Source: a virus
DNA length: 64,000 nt
IMG/VR virus record: IMGVR_UViG_3300045988_120652
Direction: 5' to 3' (one strand)
The notes under the pieces were generated by a model. The model searched no databases and was not told where the DNA came from. It saw only the letters and a program-made list of their open reading frames with translations. Below, one piece after another: positions 52,318-60,587 of this stretch (positions are counted from its first letter, which is position 1; each line of letters starts with the position of its first letter). The translations under genes were made by a program, and so were the position numbers.

Positions 52318-52373
52318 AACACAACAACACAAGACAATTAAAAGCACAACCAACACAAAAATTAAACAAGACT

Positions 52374-53663
52374 ATGGCAACACCTAAAGACTTTATTGGT
52401 ATCAGCGCACTTCAGGAAGTGGCTAATCAGGTATTCGCAAGTGTAGTACAGGGTCCTGCTTTTGCTAATCCCGAGGAGATGAAGCGACTCGGCATCAAGA
52501 CTATTAGCGGAGTCCAGTACAAGCGCACAATGAACGTGTTCGTCCGCAAGGGTGGCACTACTCGCCGTAAGGACATGAACCCGACCATGAACGGCACAAT
52601 CGGATTCCTCAAGGAGCGTGTTTTGACAGCTAAACTCGCCTGGTTTAAGGGTACTGACAATATCGACCGCTACTGTGAGACAGTATTCGGCGTAAACGCA
52701 CAGGGTGCTTATCCTCTCTCTACCGTGGCAGTGGAAGCAGTAATCAAGACTCACGCCGACGACCTTTACAACAACCTCTGGTGGGGCGACATCGACAACG
52801 ACGTGCCAGGTGCATCGGAGGAGAAGAAGGCAATGGGCCTTTACGACGGTTTCATCACTTGCATCAAGCACGACATCGAGGACGGCATCATCAGTGAGGC
52901 TAACCATAACCTCATTCACTGTGAGGCAATCTCGGCTCCTGCCGACGCTACTGACTCATCGGCTTACAAGAACTTCCGTGAGGCTTATATGAGCCTTGAT
53001 CCACGTCTGCGTCGTCAGAAGGTTTACGCCTATATGACTCCCGAGACTGCCATCAACATTGCTGACGGCTACGCTCTTCAGTCATACGGCACACACAAGC
53101 TCAATGTTGTGGACGGTGGCAACTACGTCATCCCCGAACTGCCTAAGCTCACCATCGCGCCGGTTGAGGGCATGGGCGCAGGCGACCGCATCATCTTCTC
53201 AGTAGAGGGCAACCTTATCTATGCTGTTGACACCGAGAGCAACCAAACTTTCGTTGAAGTGGCTCTTGGCTCTGACAACGATTTGAGAGACGTTGTTTTT
53301 CAGTGTCAATCAATACAGGGATCAATGGTGGCCTCTACGCTGGCTTCCTCGTTTGCCGTCACAGACGGTTCGCTTGAGAGCACAGACTTCCAGTCGGGCG
53401 ACTACACCCACTCTAACCTTGTCGTTACTCTTGCTCATTCTGACTCAGACACAGGCAAGATTGACGCAAAGGTTAAGGTGGACGGCGTAGAATACAAGAC
53501 TCCGATTGAGACGACTCCAAACCAGATTATCTCTCTCGTAGCTGAAGACAGCACAACTTACAAGTTTGTGTCATGGAGCAACGGCAAGACCGATAAGACA
53601 ATCCAGCTTACCGCTTCCGGTATGAACATGGGCTTGACAGCCTTCTTCAAGAAGAACGGCTAA
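52374..53663 (+). CDS. major capsid protein candidate (429 aa)
   Basis: Directly follows the protease/scaffold gene and is preceded by the CA-rich leader typical of the structural genes here. The last ~90 aa look like an appended beta-rich domain (YKFVSWSNGKTDKTIQL). Confidence 0.55.
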   Translation: MATPKDFIGISALQEVANQVFASVVQGPAFANPEEMKRLGIKTISGVQYKRTMNVFVRKGGTTRRKDMNPTMNGTIGFLKERVLTAKLAWFKGTDNIDRYCETVFGVNAQGAYPLSTVAVEAVIKTHADDLYNNLWWGDIDNDVPGASEEKKAMGLYDGFITCIKHDIEDGIISEANHNLIHCEAISAPADATDSSAYKNFREAYMSLDPRLRRQKVYAYMTPETAINIADGYALQSYGTHKLNVVDGGNYVIPELPKLTIAPVEGMGAGDRIIFSVEGNLIYAVDTESNQTFVEVALGSDNDLRDVVFQCQSIQGSMVASTLASSFAVTDGSLESTDFQSGDYTHSNLVVTLAHSDSDTGKIDAKVKVDGVEYKTPIETTPNQIISLVAEDSTTYKFVSWSNGKTDKTIQLTASGMNMGLTAFFKKNG

Positions 53664-53787
53664 TCTTTCAACGGAGTTTCTTTCACTCTATATTTTCAAG
53701 GGCGATGGTCGTGGCTGACCTGACGGAATATGCGAACCCGTCGCCCTTCTTTTTAATCAACACAACAACACAAAAACTTATAAGAAT

Positions 53788-54351
53788 ATGGCAGTAACAG
53801 CAACATGTCCTGAGATTAAGGACGTTCTCGCAGCTAATGAATGTCTTGAGAACTTTGGTGGTCTTGGTGTCAATGTCTACGTCTTCAATAAGGCAGACCT
53901 TAAAGCTCCCTTGAAGGCCGAAAAGAACATCTACCCTGCATTGACCTCTGAGTCGTTCAACACTGGTAAAGGTCTTTACAAATTCGAGTGTAAGGAGAGT
54001 AGCCAGGGTCACTCTTTTGAGTCACTTGGCCGAAGAGGCGGTTATAAACAGACGATTGACTATGTACTCGAAAGCGTAAACGCAGAGTCGGCAGAAGTGG
54101 CACGTGCTCTGAACAACCTCGATCTTGGCTACATCTTCCAGGATGGTGAGAAGAGCATCATCGTGTATGATTCTCAGCATAAGGTGGAGTATGCCTCTGG
54201 TGGCATTAAGGGCGACACGGGCAAGAAATCTGACGATGACCGTAGCGTTGTTTGTAGCGGAACTCTCCAGCCTACAGCCTACGGACGTTATGAGATTCCA
54301 GAGCCTGAGACCGGCGGTTGGGACTCGCTTCTCGCTTCAAAAAAAGAGTAA
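53788..54351 (+). CDS. structural protein with programmed -1 frameshift extension (0-frame product 187 aa)
   Basis: ATG ORF after the capsid gene. A slippery heptamer plus hairpin at its 3' end would extend it to 54473. Confidence 0.6.
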   Translation: MAVTATCPEIKDVLAANECLENFGGLGVNVYVFNKADLKAPLKAEKNIYPALTSESFNTGKGLYKFECKESSQGHSFESLGRRGGYKQTIDYVLESVNAESAEVARALNNLDLGYIFQDGEKSIIVYDSQHKVEYASGGIKGDTGKKSDDDRSVVCSGTLQPTAYGRYEIPEPETGGWDSLLASKKE

Positions 54352-54385
54352 GCGATATTGACGCACAGAGCGAGGACAATATCGC
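54339..54385 (+). promoter_or_regulatory. -1 ribosomal frameshift signal
   Basis: A_AAA_AAA is in the correct phase (54339-54345). A 6-nt spacer includes the 0-frame TAA. A 9-bp stem follows: GCGATATTG (54352-54360) pairing with CAATATCGC (54377-54385). Confidence 0.6.
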
Positions 54386-54508
54386 AAAAGAAGTGCTCGA
54401 CGATGCCGATTCTTCTTTTTTCAGCACAAGTGACGAAGAGGAAGGAACAACGGCAAAGAAGAGCAAGAAATAATCGCTCATACGAGGAAGGTTTTTCATC
54501 ATACGACA

Positions 54509-54562
54509 AAATCCCTGCATCAATCCTTTATATAAAAGGTATTGATGCAGGGATTTTTTATT
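54509..54562 (+). terminator. strong intrinsic terminator
   Basis: AAATCCCTGCATCAAT...ATTGATGCAGGGATTT (16-bp arms) followed by TTTTATT. Confidence 0.8.
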
Positions 54563-54645
54563 ATACACATATTAGTATTTTGACAAAATAATACTAAAAT
54601 TAGTATTTTTAATACCAAAGCGAAACCAAATACGATAAATGTCTG

Positions 54646-54653
54646 TAATTTTG
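54646..54653 (+). promoter_or_regulatory. -7 box TAATTTTG upstream of the LysR gene
   Basis: Matches TAnnTTTG, 67 nt before the ATG. Confidence 0.35.
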
Positions 54654-54719
54654 CAATTAAGAAAGATTTTTTGATTATGTTTTGTTATAAGCGTAGTATA
54701 ACTAAAACTTATAGGATTT

Positions 54720-55646
54720 ATGGAACTAAGACATTTGCGTTCGTTTGTAAACGTAGCTGAAACCAAGTTATTTAGTATGGCAGCCACACGTTGTTGCGTT
54801 ACCCAGTCGGCGGTAAGCCAGCACATTCGTGCCCTGGAGGACGAGTTGGGCTGCAAATTGCTTATCCGCACATCACACGGCATTATGCTCACCGAAAGCG
54901 GCGAAGCCCTGTTGCCTCGTGCAAAAGAAATACTGAAACAGACCGAGGACTGCAAAGAGCAAATCTATGCCCTCAACAACTGCATGACGGGCGAACTGCG
55001 TATAGGCGTAGGCTCGTTTATATCTCCATACATCCGCATGGCAGCATTGATATTCATGGAGAGATATCCAAACGTCCGTATCAATGCCGACTTCACCAAA
55101 GCCTACCTTCTCAACCAATCACTAAGGGCGCACATGTTAGACCTCGCCTTCACCATGAACATGGCATACAGCCACGAAGGTATAGAGACTATACCCTGCA
55201 TACCTTTTAACGTATATGCCATCATGCGCGACACCCATCCGCTTGCCTCGCTCTCAAAGGTGTCGTATGAGGACATTCTGAAGCACCCAATCATCATGCC
55301 CGACATAGGCGAACGTGCCATTGAGACTTTTCATCAATACATACAGCGCGACCTATATAAGCTCAACATTAAGTGCATCATCAGCGACCCCGACGAAGCC
55401 CTTGCCTCGGTGGAAGAAACCAAGTATATAACCTTCATGCCTAAGCTCTACCTGCGCAACCACCCTACCCTTGTGGCGCGTCCCATCGTCGGACTCGAAC
55501 AGCAGTTGATGAGCAACGCCCACTGTATGCAGGACGTACCTAAGAAGCGAGCTGCACAACTCTTCCTCGACATCATCCGCGACGAGGTAGTGCCATACAT
55601 TTCCGTAGCCGAAGAGTCGCAAGGGAAGTTCACACCGCCACCTTGA
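54720..55646 (+). CDS. LysR-family transcriptional regulator
   Basis: MELRHLRSFVNVAETKLFSMAATRCCVTQSAVSQHIRALEDELGCKLL is a canonical LysR HTH. The 308-aa length includes a substrate-binding domain. Confidence 0.9.
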   Translation: MELRHLRSFVNVAETKLFSMAATRCCVTQSAVSQHIRALEDELGCKLLIRTSHGIMLTESGEALLPRAKEILKQTEDCKEQIYALNNCMTGELRIGVGSFISPYIRMAALIFMERYPNVRINADFTKAYLLNQSLRAHMLDLAFTMNMAYSHEGIETIPCIPFNVYAIMRDTHPLASLSKVSYEDILKHPIIMPDIGERAIETFHQYIQRDLYKLNIKCIISDPDEALASVEETKYITFMPKLYLRNHPTLVARPIVGLEQQLMSNAHCMQDVPKKRAAQLFLDIIRDEVVPYISVAEESQGKFTPPP

Positions 55647-55677
55647 TAGTCATTAGATTTTCTTATAATGAACCGAG

Positions 55678-55705
55678 CCTCACGTTAGCAGCGTGAGGCT
55701 TTTTA
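55678..55705 (+). terminator. intrinsic terminator of the LysR gene
   Basis: GCCTCACG-ttagcag-CGTGAGGC followed by TTTTT. Confidence 0.8.
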
Positions 55706-55788
55706 ATTTTAGTATTAGCCGAAATTATATGTTATCCCATAGCAAGAACACTTAATAAGAAACTCTTCGCCCCCACCACTTTCTCCCA

Positions 55789-55796
55789 TACCTTTG
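55789..55796 (+). promoter_or_regulatory. -7 box TACCTTTG
   Basis: Matches TAnnTTTG, followed by CA, 15 nt before the ATG at 55811. Confidence 0.45.
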
Positions 55797-55810
55797 CAAT
55801 AAGTTCAATA

Positions 55811-56356
55811 ATGAACGAAACCAACCAAACACAAACAACTATGCAGATTAAAACTAATGACGGCAACTATGATGTTGCCAGCAAGGGACTCGGCAACACA
55901 GCCTTGGGTCTCGGCATCGCAGGCTTGGCAACGAGCCTATTGGGAGGCAGCGCCTCGCTTCTGGGCATTGGAAGGAACAACGGCATGACAGCCAACCCGT
56001 CCGACCCTGACGCGCGTTTCGTAACTAAGAGTGAGACTAACCTTATCCAGGAGAACAGCACTCTGAAGACCGAACTCGCCATTCAGAAGAGCGAGAACTA
56101 CACCGACAAGAAGCTCGTGGAAGTGACACAGTATCTCGACGCGAAGTTGCGCCGTGTGGAAGACAAAGTGGATGCAAACAAGGATGCGCAGCAAGCCGTC
56201 AACGCACAGCAGATGGCTTACAATGCGGCTGCTAACGCCAGCATCGACGTGCTCAAGTCGCAGGTGGCATCGTTGTCGAGCGTAACCAAGCTGTTCATCC
56301 CTTCAACCAACGTATGCCAGACCGGTTGCGGTTGCGGTTGCGGATGCAATCAGTAA
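55811..56356 (+). CDS. membrane/coiled-coil protein ending in a (Gly-Cys)4 tail
   Basis: Gly-zipper hydrophobic segment GNTALGLGIAGLATSLLGGSASLLGIG. Heptad-like middle. C-terminus CQTGCGCGCGCNQ is encoded by a GGTTGC x3 plus GGATGC tandem hexamer (56324-56347). Confidence 0.6.
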   Translation: MNETNQTQTTMQIKTNDGNYDVASKGLGNTALGLGIAGLATSLLGGSASLLGIGRNNGMTANPSDPDARFVTKSETNLIQENSTLKTELAIQKSENYTDKKLVEVTQYLDAKLRRVEDKVDANKDAQQAVNAQQMAYNAAANASIDVLKSQVASLSSVTKLFIPSTNVCQTGCGCGCGCNQ

Positions 56357-56382
56357 GAGAATGACGTAATCCAGTTATATAT

Positions 56383-56805
56383 ATGGAATACAAAAACTCA
56401 CAGATCTTGGCGGCAGTCGTGTCCGAATGGGCACGACCCGCCATTTCGCAGATAGCTGCAGGCAACCTCATGCGCCTACCTATGCTTCAGTCTCTGCAAG
56501 CCACCATCAGCTCGTTAGGCATTGTCAGTGGCAACTATGCCCTACAGAAGGACATCGAACCACTCATTCAGCCCATCGTCAACTCGCTCGTCGCACCTAT
56601 GCTTGCCCGATATTTCGGTCAGATACCCGAAGAGAGCATACCGCAGATGGCACACGACTTAGTGGAGAAGATGCGAGGTAACGGACCGCTGTCGGTGCTC
56701 GAAGGCATGGTGACGTTTGAGGAGGAAGACCTCAACGAGCTTGCCGATCTTCTTGACAAGAACCTTCCCGTAGAGCAGACGCAAGGCTATCAGGTAAAAC
56801 ATTGA
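56383..56805 (+). CDS. hypothetical protein (140 aa)
   Basis: ATG ORF. Confidence 0.55.
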   Translation: MEYKNSQILAAVVSEWARPAISQIAAGNLMRLPMLQSLQATISSLGIVSGNYALQKDIEPLIQPIVNSLVAPMLARYFGQIPEESIPQMAHDLVEKMRGNGPLSVLEGMVTFEEEDLNELADLLDKNLPVEQTQGYQVKH

Positions 56806-56863
56806 ACAGAGTAACAAACCAAGCGGCGGCAAGCATCGTCGCTATAATAAAACAAAAACGATT

Positions 56864-57292
56864 ATGAACAAACGTACCATTCCGGCTATCATCATAGCCA
56901 CACTTGCGGCAGGTGCAACCGCCGCCGCACCCTATTATGATGTCAACATCACACAGCAGCTCTGCACACCGGCTTGTGTAGACGAGACACCCGTGTTCGC
57001 TCCGAAGTTTTCCGTCAAGAGCATTGCCAACGTAGGCACATCACAGTATATCATCGTCATTCACGTTGAGGGCGTAATAAGCTACATCCCTTGCAACTGC
57101 GGCTCGTGCTGCACACGCTCACAAGTGGTGTCGCAAGACTTCACCATACCCGTGTTCAGCGCCACCGCCATCAATTCGGCAACAATAGCAGTGGGAACCG
57201 TCCAGAACGGCATTGCACGCATATCGTGCTGCAACTGCTCCAAGACTTTTGTTTCCGACTGTCCCGTAACGCTCACCATTGTAACTACATAA
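56864..57292 (+). CDS. secreted Cys-rich protein (142 aa)
   Basis: Signal-peptide-like MNKRTIPAIIIATLAAGATAAA. Cys clusters CTPAC, CNCGSCC and SCCNCS..DC. Confidence 0.6.
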   Translation: MNKRTIPAIIIATLAAGATAAAPYYDVNITQQLCTPACVDETPVFAPKFSVKSIANVGTSQYIIVIHVEGVISYIPCNCGSCCTRSQVVSQDFTIPVFSATAINSATIAVGTVQNGIARISCCNCSKTFVSDCPVTLTIVTT

Positions 57293-57296
57293 AGCC

Positions 57297-57596
57297 ATGA
57301 TAGTTCTGATAGCTATAGCCACCATGATAGCCGCCACGCTCGCCCAACACCTCGGACTGGCCGAAGCCATTGCCCGTGTTGTTGACAAGGTGGCATCGTG
57401 CCCTCAGTGTTTCACCTTTTGGGTTACAATGTCGGCATTGCTCTACCTCGGCCACGATGTCTACACATCGGCATTGGCGGCTATTGTGGTGGCGTATCTG
57501 TCAAACTGGTTTGTGTTGTTGCTGCTTATTCTTCAACGAAAATTCACAAAGCTATATGAAAAAGAAAGACACACAACCGACCGCCTCGACCATTGA
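57297..57596 (+). CDS. small 3-TM membrane protein (holin-like)
   Basis: Three hydrophobic segments and a charged C-terminus (QRKFTKLYEKERH). The start is 1 nt after the previous stop. Confidence 0.5.
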   Translation: MIVLIAIATMIAATLAQHLGLAEAIARVVDKVASCPQCFTFWVTMSALLYLGHDVYTSALAAIVVAYLSNWFVLLLLILQRKFTKLYEKERHTTDRLDH

Positions 57597-57670
57597 GGCA
57601 AAGGCAGAAAGCAAGCCCGAGGCGCAGACATTCTTTCCTATATTGCATGTCTCTGTGCAAAAAAGTCTGA

Positions 57671-57703
57671 TTGTCCCACATTTTCGGGGCATTTGTCCCA
57701 CAT
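57671..57703 (+). promoter_or_regulatory. direct repeat TTGTCCCACAT x2 (22-bp spacing)
   Basis: Perfect 11-mers at 57671-57681 and 57693-57703, 26 nt upstream of the ATG at 57729. Confidence 0.45.
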
Positions 57704-57728
57704 GTTAAACATATAAAACTCAAACAAA

Positions 57729-58232
57729 ATGAATTACAAACAGATGATTGAACAGGCTCGTGCCAATGGCATGGCTACCGAGAAGAAGATGTGGGCAGCA
57801 GTAGAAACTCTCTCTACCGACCTCCTTGCGCTTGAGCAGACCGACCCTAAGCTCTACTGGCACATCCTGCGCCGTCAGCACGCTGTTCTCTACGGACGGC
57901 ACTACTCTGAGAAGATGGCCAACCACGATGTGAACGCCCTCGTCTATAGCGGCATGTACGATGAAGAGGGTATGCCAACCGACGGAGGCGCACACTGGAC
58001 CCGTCTCAAGGTAGACGAGCTGACTAAGGGCATGAAGTTTCACGCTAACGTCAACGCATGGGACAAATATGTCGCCTTCAACTCTATGTATGCCGACCTT
58101 TGTGCTTGCATGAGCGAGGAAGAGATAATCAAAGCCGCCTACGCTTTCTACTTTTGCGATGACGACTGGCAACCATGCGAAGATGATTGCACTAAGGTGT
58201 GGGACTATAACGCCCTACACGCCACCCTCTAA
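57729..58232 (+). CDS. hypothetical protein (167 aa)
   Basis: ATG ORF. Confidence 0.55.
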   Translation: MNYKQMIEQARANGMATEKKMWAAVETLSTDLLALEQTDPKLYWHILRRQHAVLYGRHYSEKMANHDVNALVYSGMYDEEGMPTDGGAHWTRLKVDELTKGMKFHANVNAWDKYVAFNSMYADLCACMSEEEIIKAAYAFYFCDDDWQPCEDDCTKVWDYNALHATL

Positions 58233-58279
58233 CACTCGGCTTTTACATTTGTTTTTAAGCCAATGGAAAACTCGAAATT

Positions 58280-58315
58280 AACAGAAAATTTGCACTCTTT
58301 TCTGTTTCTTTTGTG
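58280..58315 (+). terminator. intrinsic terminator
   Basis: AACAGAAAA-tttgcactc-TTTTCTGTT (9-bp stem) followed by TCTTTTGTG. Confidence 0.6.
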
Positions 58316-58415
58316 TATTCTGTTGGCTTATATTTTTTCGTGCAATTAGCGAAATTCGTTGTTTCTCCCCTCCGTTGTCCGCTTTCGATGTCCGCCTCAC
58401 CAAAATAACTTCCCC

Positions 58416-58423
58416 TATCTTTG
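58416..58423 (+). promoter_or_regulatory. -7 box TATCTTTG
   Basis: Matches TAnnTTTG, 32 nt before the ATG at 58455. Confidence 0.45.
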
Positions 58424-58454
58424 TCCTCGGAAAGTTTAATTAATTTATTGTTTT

Positions 58455-59537
58455 ATGTTCAACACACCCGATACCCGAAGCATCGACCTGCGTATGCCCC
58501 GTTCGTGGAACGAGTGCTCCACCACGCAGCTTGAGCTAATCTCCCGCGTCATGCTTGAGCAGATACAGCGCGTAGACCGCTATCATCCCTTTGACATGCG
58601 CAACGTGAAGATAGCTTGTTTCTTCCTGCTTGCCGAAGTAGATATAGTGAAAGGTCCTGACGAGTCGCTGCCCATCGAAGACCAGTACTATCTGTGCCGG
58701 ATGGCATCCGACCGTCCTCGCCGCATACGTCTGCCCCGCAAGAGCGATGACGAGAAGGTTTTCCCTATTTATCTCTGGCAGCTCAACCATTGGCTCACGG
58801 CCAAGCCCAAGACCGACGACCGCAACTCGCCCGAATACATTGCTGCAGGAGCTGGCACACTCGACTGGATGGATAGCGAGAAGGACAGTCCGCTCACGCG
58901 TTTCCCCTACCCCACGCTTCGCCTACGCAATCCGCAGCACTGGTTACGCAAGCGCACCGAGTTCTCCGGTCCGGCACCCGACATGGACGGATTCTCATGG
59001 CAGCAATACCGCTTCGCTACCGACCTCATGGGCCAATACACCCAGCTCTCCAACAATCTCATTAAGATGAAGATGGGTAAGTTCACGGCCGAGCAGATGC
59101 AGTTGCAAGCTGACAGCGTAGACCAGGCACGCTCCATGTTCCTCGCCACCATCTTCAACCAACGCATCCCCTACCTCGACCCGAACACCTCGCTGCGCAC
59201 CGTAGACTTCCATTACGACACCCGTCAGTTCAACGACAACGCAGCCTACTTCCGTCGCTTCCCCGACTACCAATGGCAACCCATCCTCTTCTGGTGGACC
59301 GGCATGATGCACACCCTCTCACGGCGTTATCCTCATGTGTTCAAGGTGCAGAAGATCGACCGCACACAGCGACCCTCCACCCCACTTGAGATATACACTG
59401 CCACCATCGCCACCATGCAGAAATACGCTTCGCTCACCGAAGACCAGGTGAACAACCAGTCGTACTCGCTTGTGCTGGAGCATCTGGAGCGACTCTCGAA
59501 GGAGAATGAGGAGATGGAGAAACTACGGAAGAACTGA
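58455..59537 (+). CDS. hypothetical protein (360 aa)
   Basis: ATG ORF. Confidence 0.6.
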   Translation: MFNTPDTRSIDLRMPRSWNECSTTQLELISRVMLEQIQRVDRYHPFDMRNVKIACFFLLAEVDIVKGPDESLPIEDQYYLCRMASDRPRRIRLPRKSDDEKVFPIYLWQLNHWLTAKPKTDDRNSPEYIAAGAGTLDWMDSEKDSPLTRFPYPTLRLRNPQHWLRKRTEFSGPAPDMDGFSWQQYRFATDLMGQYTQLSNNLIKMKMGKFTAEQMQLQADSVDQARSMFLATIFNQRIPYLDPNTSLRTVDFHYDTRQFNDNAAYFRRFPDYQWQPILFWWTGMMHTLSRRYPHVFKVQKIDRTQRPSTPLEIYTATIATMQKYASLTEDQVNNQSYSLVLEHLERLSKENEEMEKLRKN

Positions 59538-59656
59538 TAGATATTATTGTCATCGGATGAAACGGATTTTTGTTCATCATCGAATGAAGTAAATGAGACA
59601 AACTGAGAAATCCGTGAAATCCGATGTTAAGTAAAACAACGAAAATATAGAGAATC

Positions 59657-60040
59657 ATGGGAAGATATGCAACAAGGGCGACATTAAGGTATTATTGCGC
59701 CCAAGCCGACATCACGCTCTACCCCCATCGGCTCGATGGTGTCTCCTATCAGTATTGTGCCGGAGGATATGTCGTGAATGGCTATTTGGGACGTAGCAAG
59801 TCATGGTCTGATTTGAAATATTGTATGCAGCAAAAACTTATCTTTTTGCTAAAGTATGGCTCTGATGACAATCCTACGATATACAGCGATGGAACAGTTA
59901 TAGAGTGGCACAAAGAGCCGCACGCAATTCTGCCGTTAGCCCAACCTCTTATCGACAACAACGGCATGAAGATACGCACACTTTGGCCACCCGAATGTGA
60001 CGAGGAATTACAGGATTACTACAATCTTCTTAAATCATAG
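59657..60040 (+). CDS. hypothetical protein (127 aa)
   Basis: ATG ORF preceded by the conserved AACGAAAATATAGAGAA box. Confidence 0.5.
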   Translation: MGRYATRATLRYYCAQADITLYPHRLDGVSYQYCAGGYVVNGYLGRSKSWSDLKYCMQQKLIFLLKYGSDDNPTIYSDGTVIEWHKEPHAILPLAQPLIDNNGMKIRTLWPPECDEELQDYYNLLKS

Positions 60041-60077
60041 CAAGCGATAAAGTATTAACGAAAATATAGAGAACATT

Positions 60078-60587
60078 ATGAGAACATTCAAATTCAGAGG
60101 CAAGTGTACAGATCCTAAGTACGATGGCAAAACGGCATGTGGCTCGCTGCTTTCTTTCCCCAATGGAGAGACAAAGATTTTTGAGCACGACCACGACAAG
60201 ACGTTCAACTATTTCGGTGTTGACCCCGCGACCGTCTGCCAGTTCACCGGTTTCCTTGACAAGAACGGCAAGGAGATTTATGAAGGCGACGTGTTGCGGT
60301 CAGACGAATATCCTTATAGCTGCATCGGAGATAAAAAACGCGACAACTATTATGCCGTAGTTTATTACTGTGAGGAAGGAGCTTGCTTTGGCACTGTGAC
60401 GGCCAAGAATCCCAGTTCTGACGTAAGAGGCATTTCAGACGGCATACTTGATGATGTAGAGCGAGAGAAAATGAAGACCTTCGAGGTTGTCGGCAATATC
60501 CATGAAGAGAAGTGGCAACAATACGGCGAATATTTTAAGACTGAAGAAGAAAAGGAGGCAGACAATGATTTATGCAGAAGACCTTAG
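60078..60587 (+). CDS. YopX-family protein
   Basis: FKFRGK.., VDPATVCQFTGFLDKNGKEIYEGDVL and ..FEVVGNIHE match the YopX pattern. Confidence 0.8.
   Translation: MRTFKFRGKCTDPKYDGKTACGSLLSFPNGETKIFEHDHDKTFNYFGVDPATVCQFTGFLDKNGKEIYEGDVLRSDEYPYSCIGDKKRDNYYAVVYYCEEGACFGTVTAKNPSSDVRGISDGILDDVEREKMKTFEVVGNIHEEKWQQYGEYFKTEEEKEADNDLCRRP

Noticed and set aside
54358-54591. 77-aa ORF 54358..54591
   Set aside because: It starts at a non-ATG codon, runs straight through the 16-bp-arm terminator at 54509-54562, and is basic and low-complexity. The region is better explained by the -1 frameshift extension plus the terminator.
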